A stretch of DNA of 64,000 nucleotides from assembly GCF_040938485.1 (NCBI RefSeq), contig NW_027271034.1, positions 806,001 through 870,000 on the forward strand, given 5' to 3'. The position numbers and the translations under genes are program-made. This DNA is from Diadema antillarum. Taxonomy: Eukaryota. Of this stretch, positions 63,684 through 64,000 are shown in pieces (position 1 is the stretch's first letter; each line of letters starts with the position of its first letter). The notes beneath the pieces were generated by a model. The model saw only the letters and a list, made by a program, of their open reading frames with translations. It was not told the origin of the DNA and ran no database searches.

Positions 63684-64000
63684 ATGAGACAGGTCATGAA
63701 TGAAATGAAAACATCCAACTTCACAATGAGGGAAATATAAATGATGTAAGAAGACAATGAACCTACACTGTTTAGGGATGTGTATGGAGAGGGTCAAATT
63801 ATGTTTAATTTATTGAGGACATTTCGGAAGTGACATATTGTAGTAGACCAACACAGTTTTATTACAAATCATGCTTGTGTCTTAAGATGTATGTATATAA
63901 TTTTGATACATGAAGGATGTAAATACATTGTATTCAATGTGAAGTTTCAGAAACTGTATGTCACATACGATGCTTTTGCATTCAGTATGTGTTAAAATTA

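Noticed and set aside
1-64000. tRNA, rRNA, snRNA or snoRNA genes
   Set aside because: No cloverleaf, rRNA, Sm-site or convincing C/D or H/ACA structure was found by eye; an Infernal/tRNAscan-SE run would be decisive.

Overview
Eukaryotic, intron-rich animal DNA. The splice sites, poly-G/C tracts and MITE families look like an invertebrate deuterostome such as an echinoderm (inference). Five protein-coding loci were reconstructed by hand: (1) a probable terminal exon of an unassigned + strand gene at 1907-2028; (2) a 4-exon minus-strand gene for a ~411-aa probable mitochondrial membrane protein with 17/21-residue helical repeats (6706-10539); (3) a head-to-head + strand gene (~10772-15387) encoding a coiled-coil protein whose C-terminus resembles the kinetochore protein Spc24; (4) complete RTF1 (PAF1 complex; 17 coding exons, minus strand, 24413-42056, 673 aa); (5) the first 9 coding exons of ZFYVE1/DFCP1 (+, from 53844, running off the window), with a much expanded N-terminal linker. 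Introns and the RTF1-ZFYVE1 intergenic region are dense with non-autonomous transposons (Tc1/mariner/pogo, Kolobok-like, hAT, Harbinger, piggyBac-like, Helentron-like, L2-clade LINE remnants), several of them nested. The most striking non-genic signal is a 246-bp insert at 43242-43487. It is flanked by a 15-bp target-site duplication inside a dead LINE ORF and carries four minimal type-I hammerhead ribozyme motifs on both strands (Penelope/retrozyme-like), 1.2 kb upstream of the RTF1 start codon. No tRNA, rRNA or CRISPR array was found. All calls are by eye; no database search was run.
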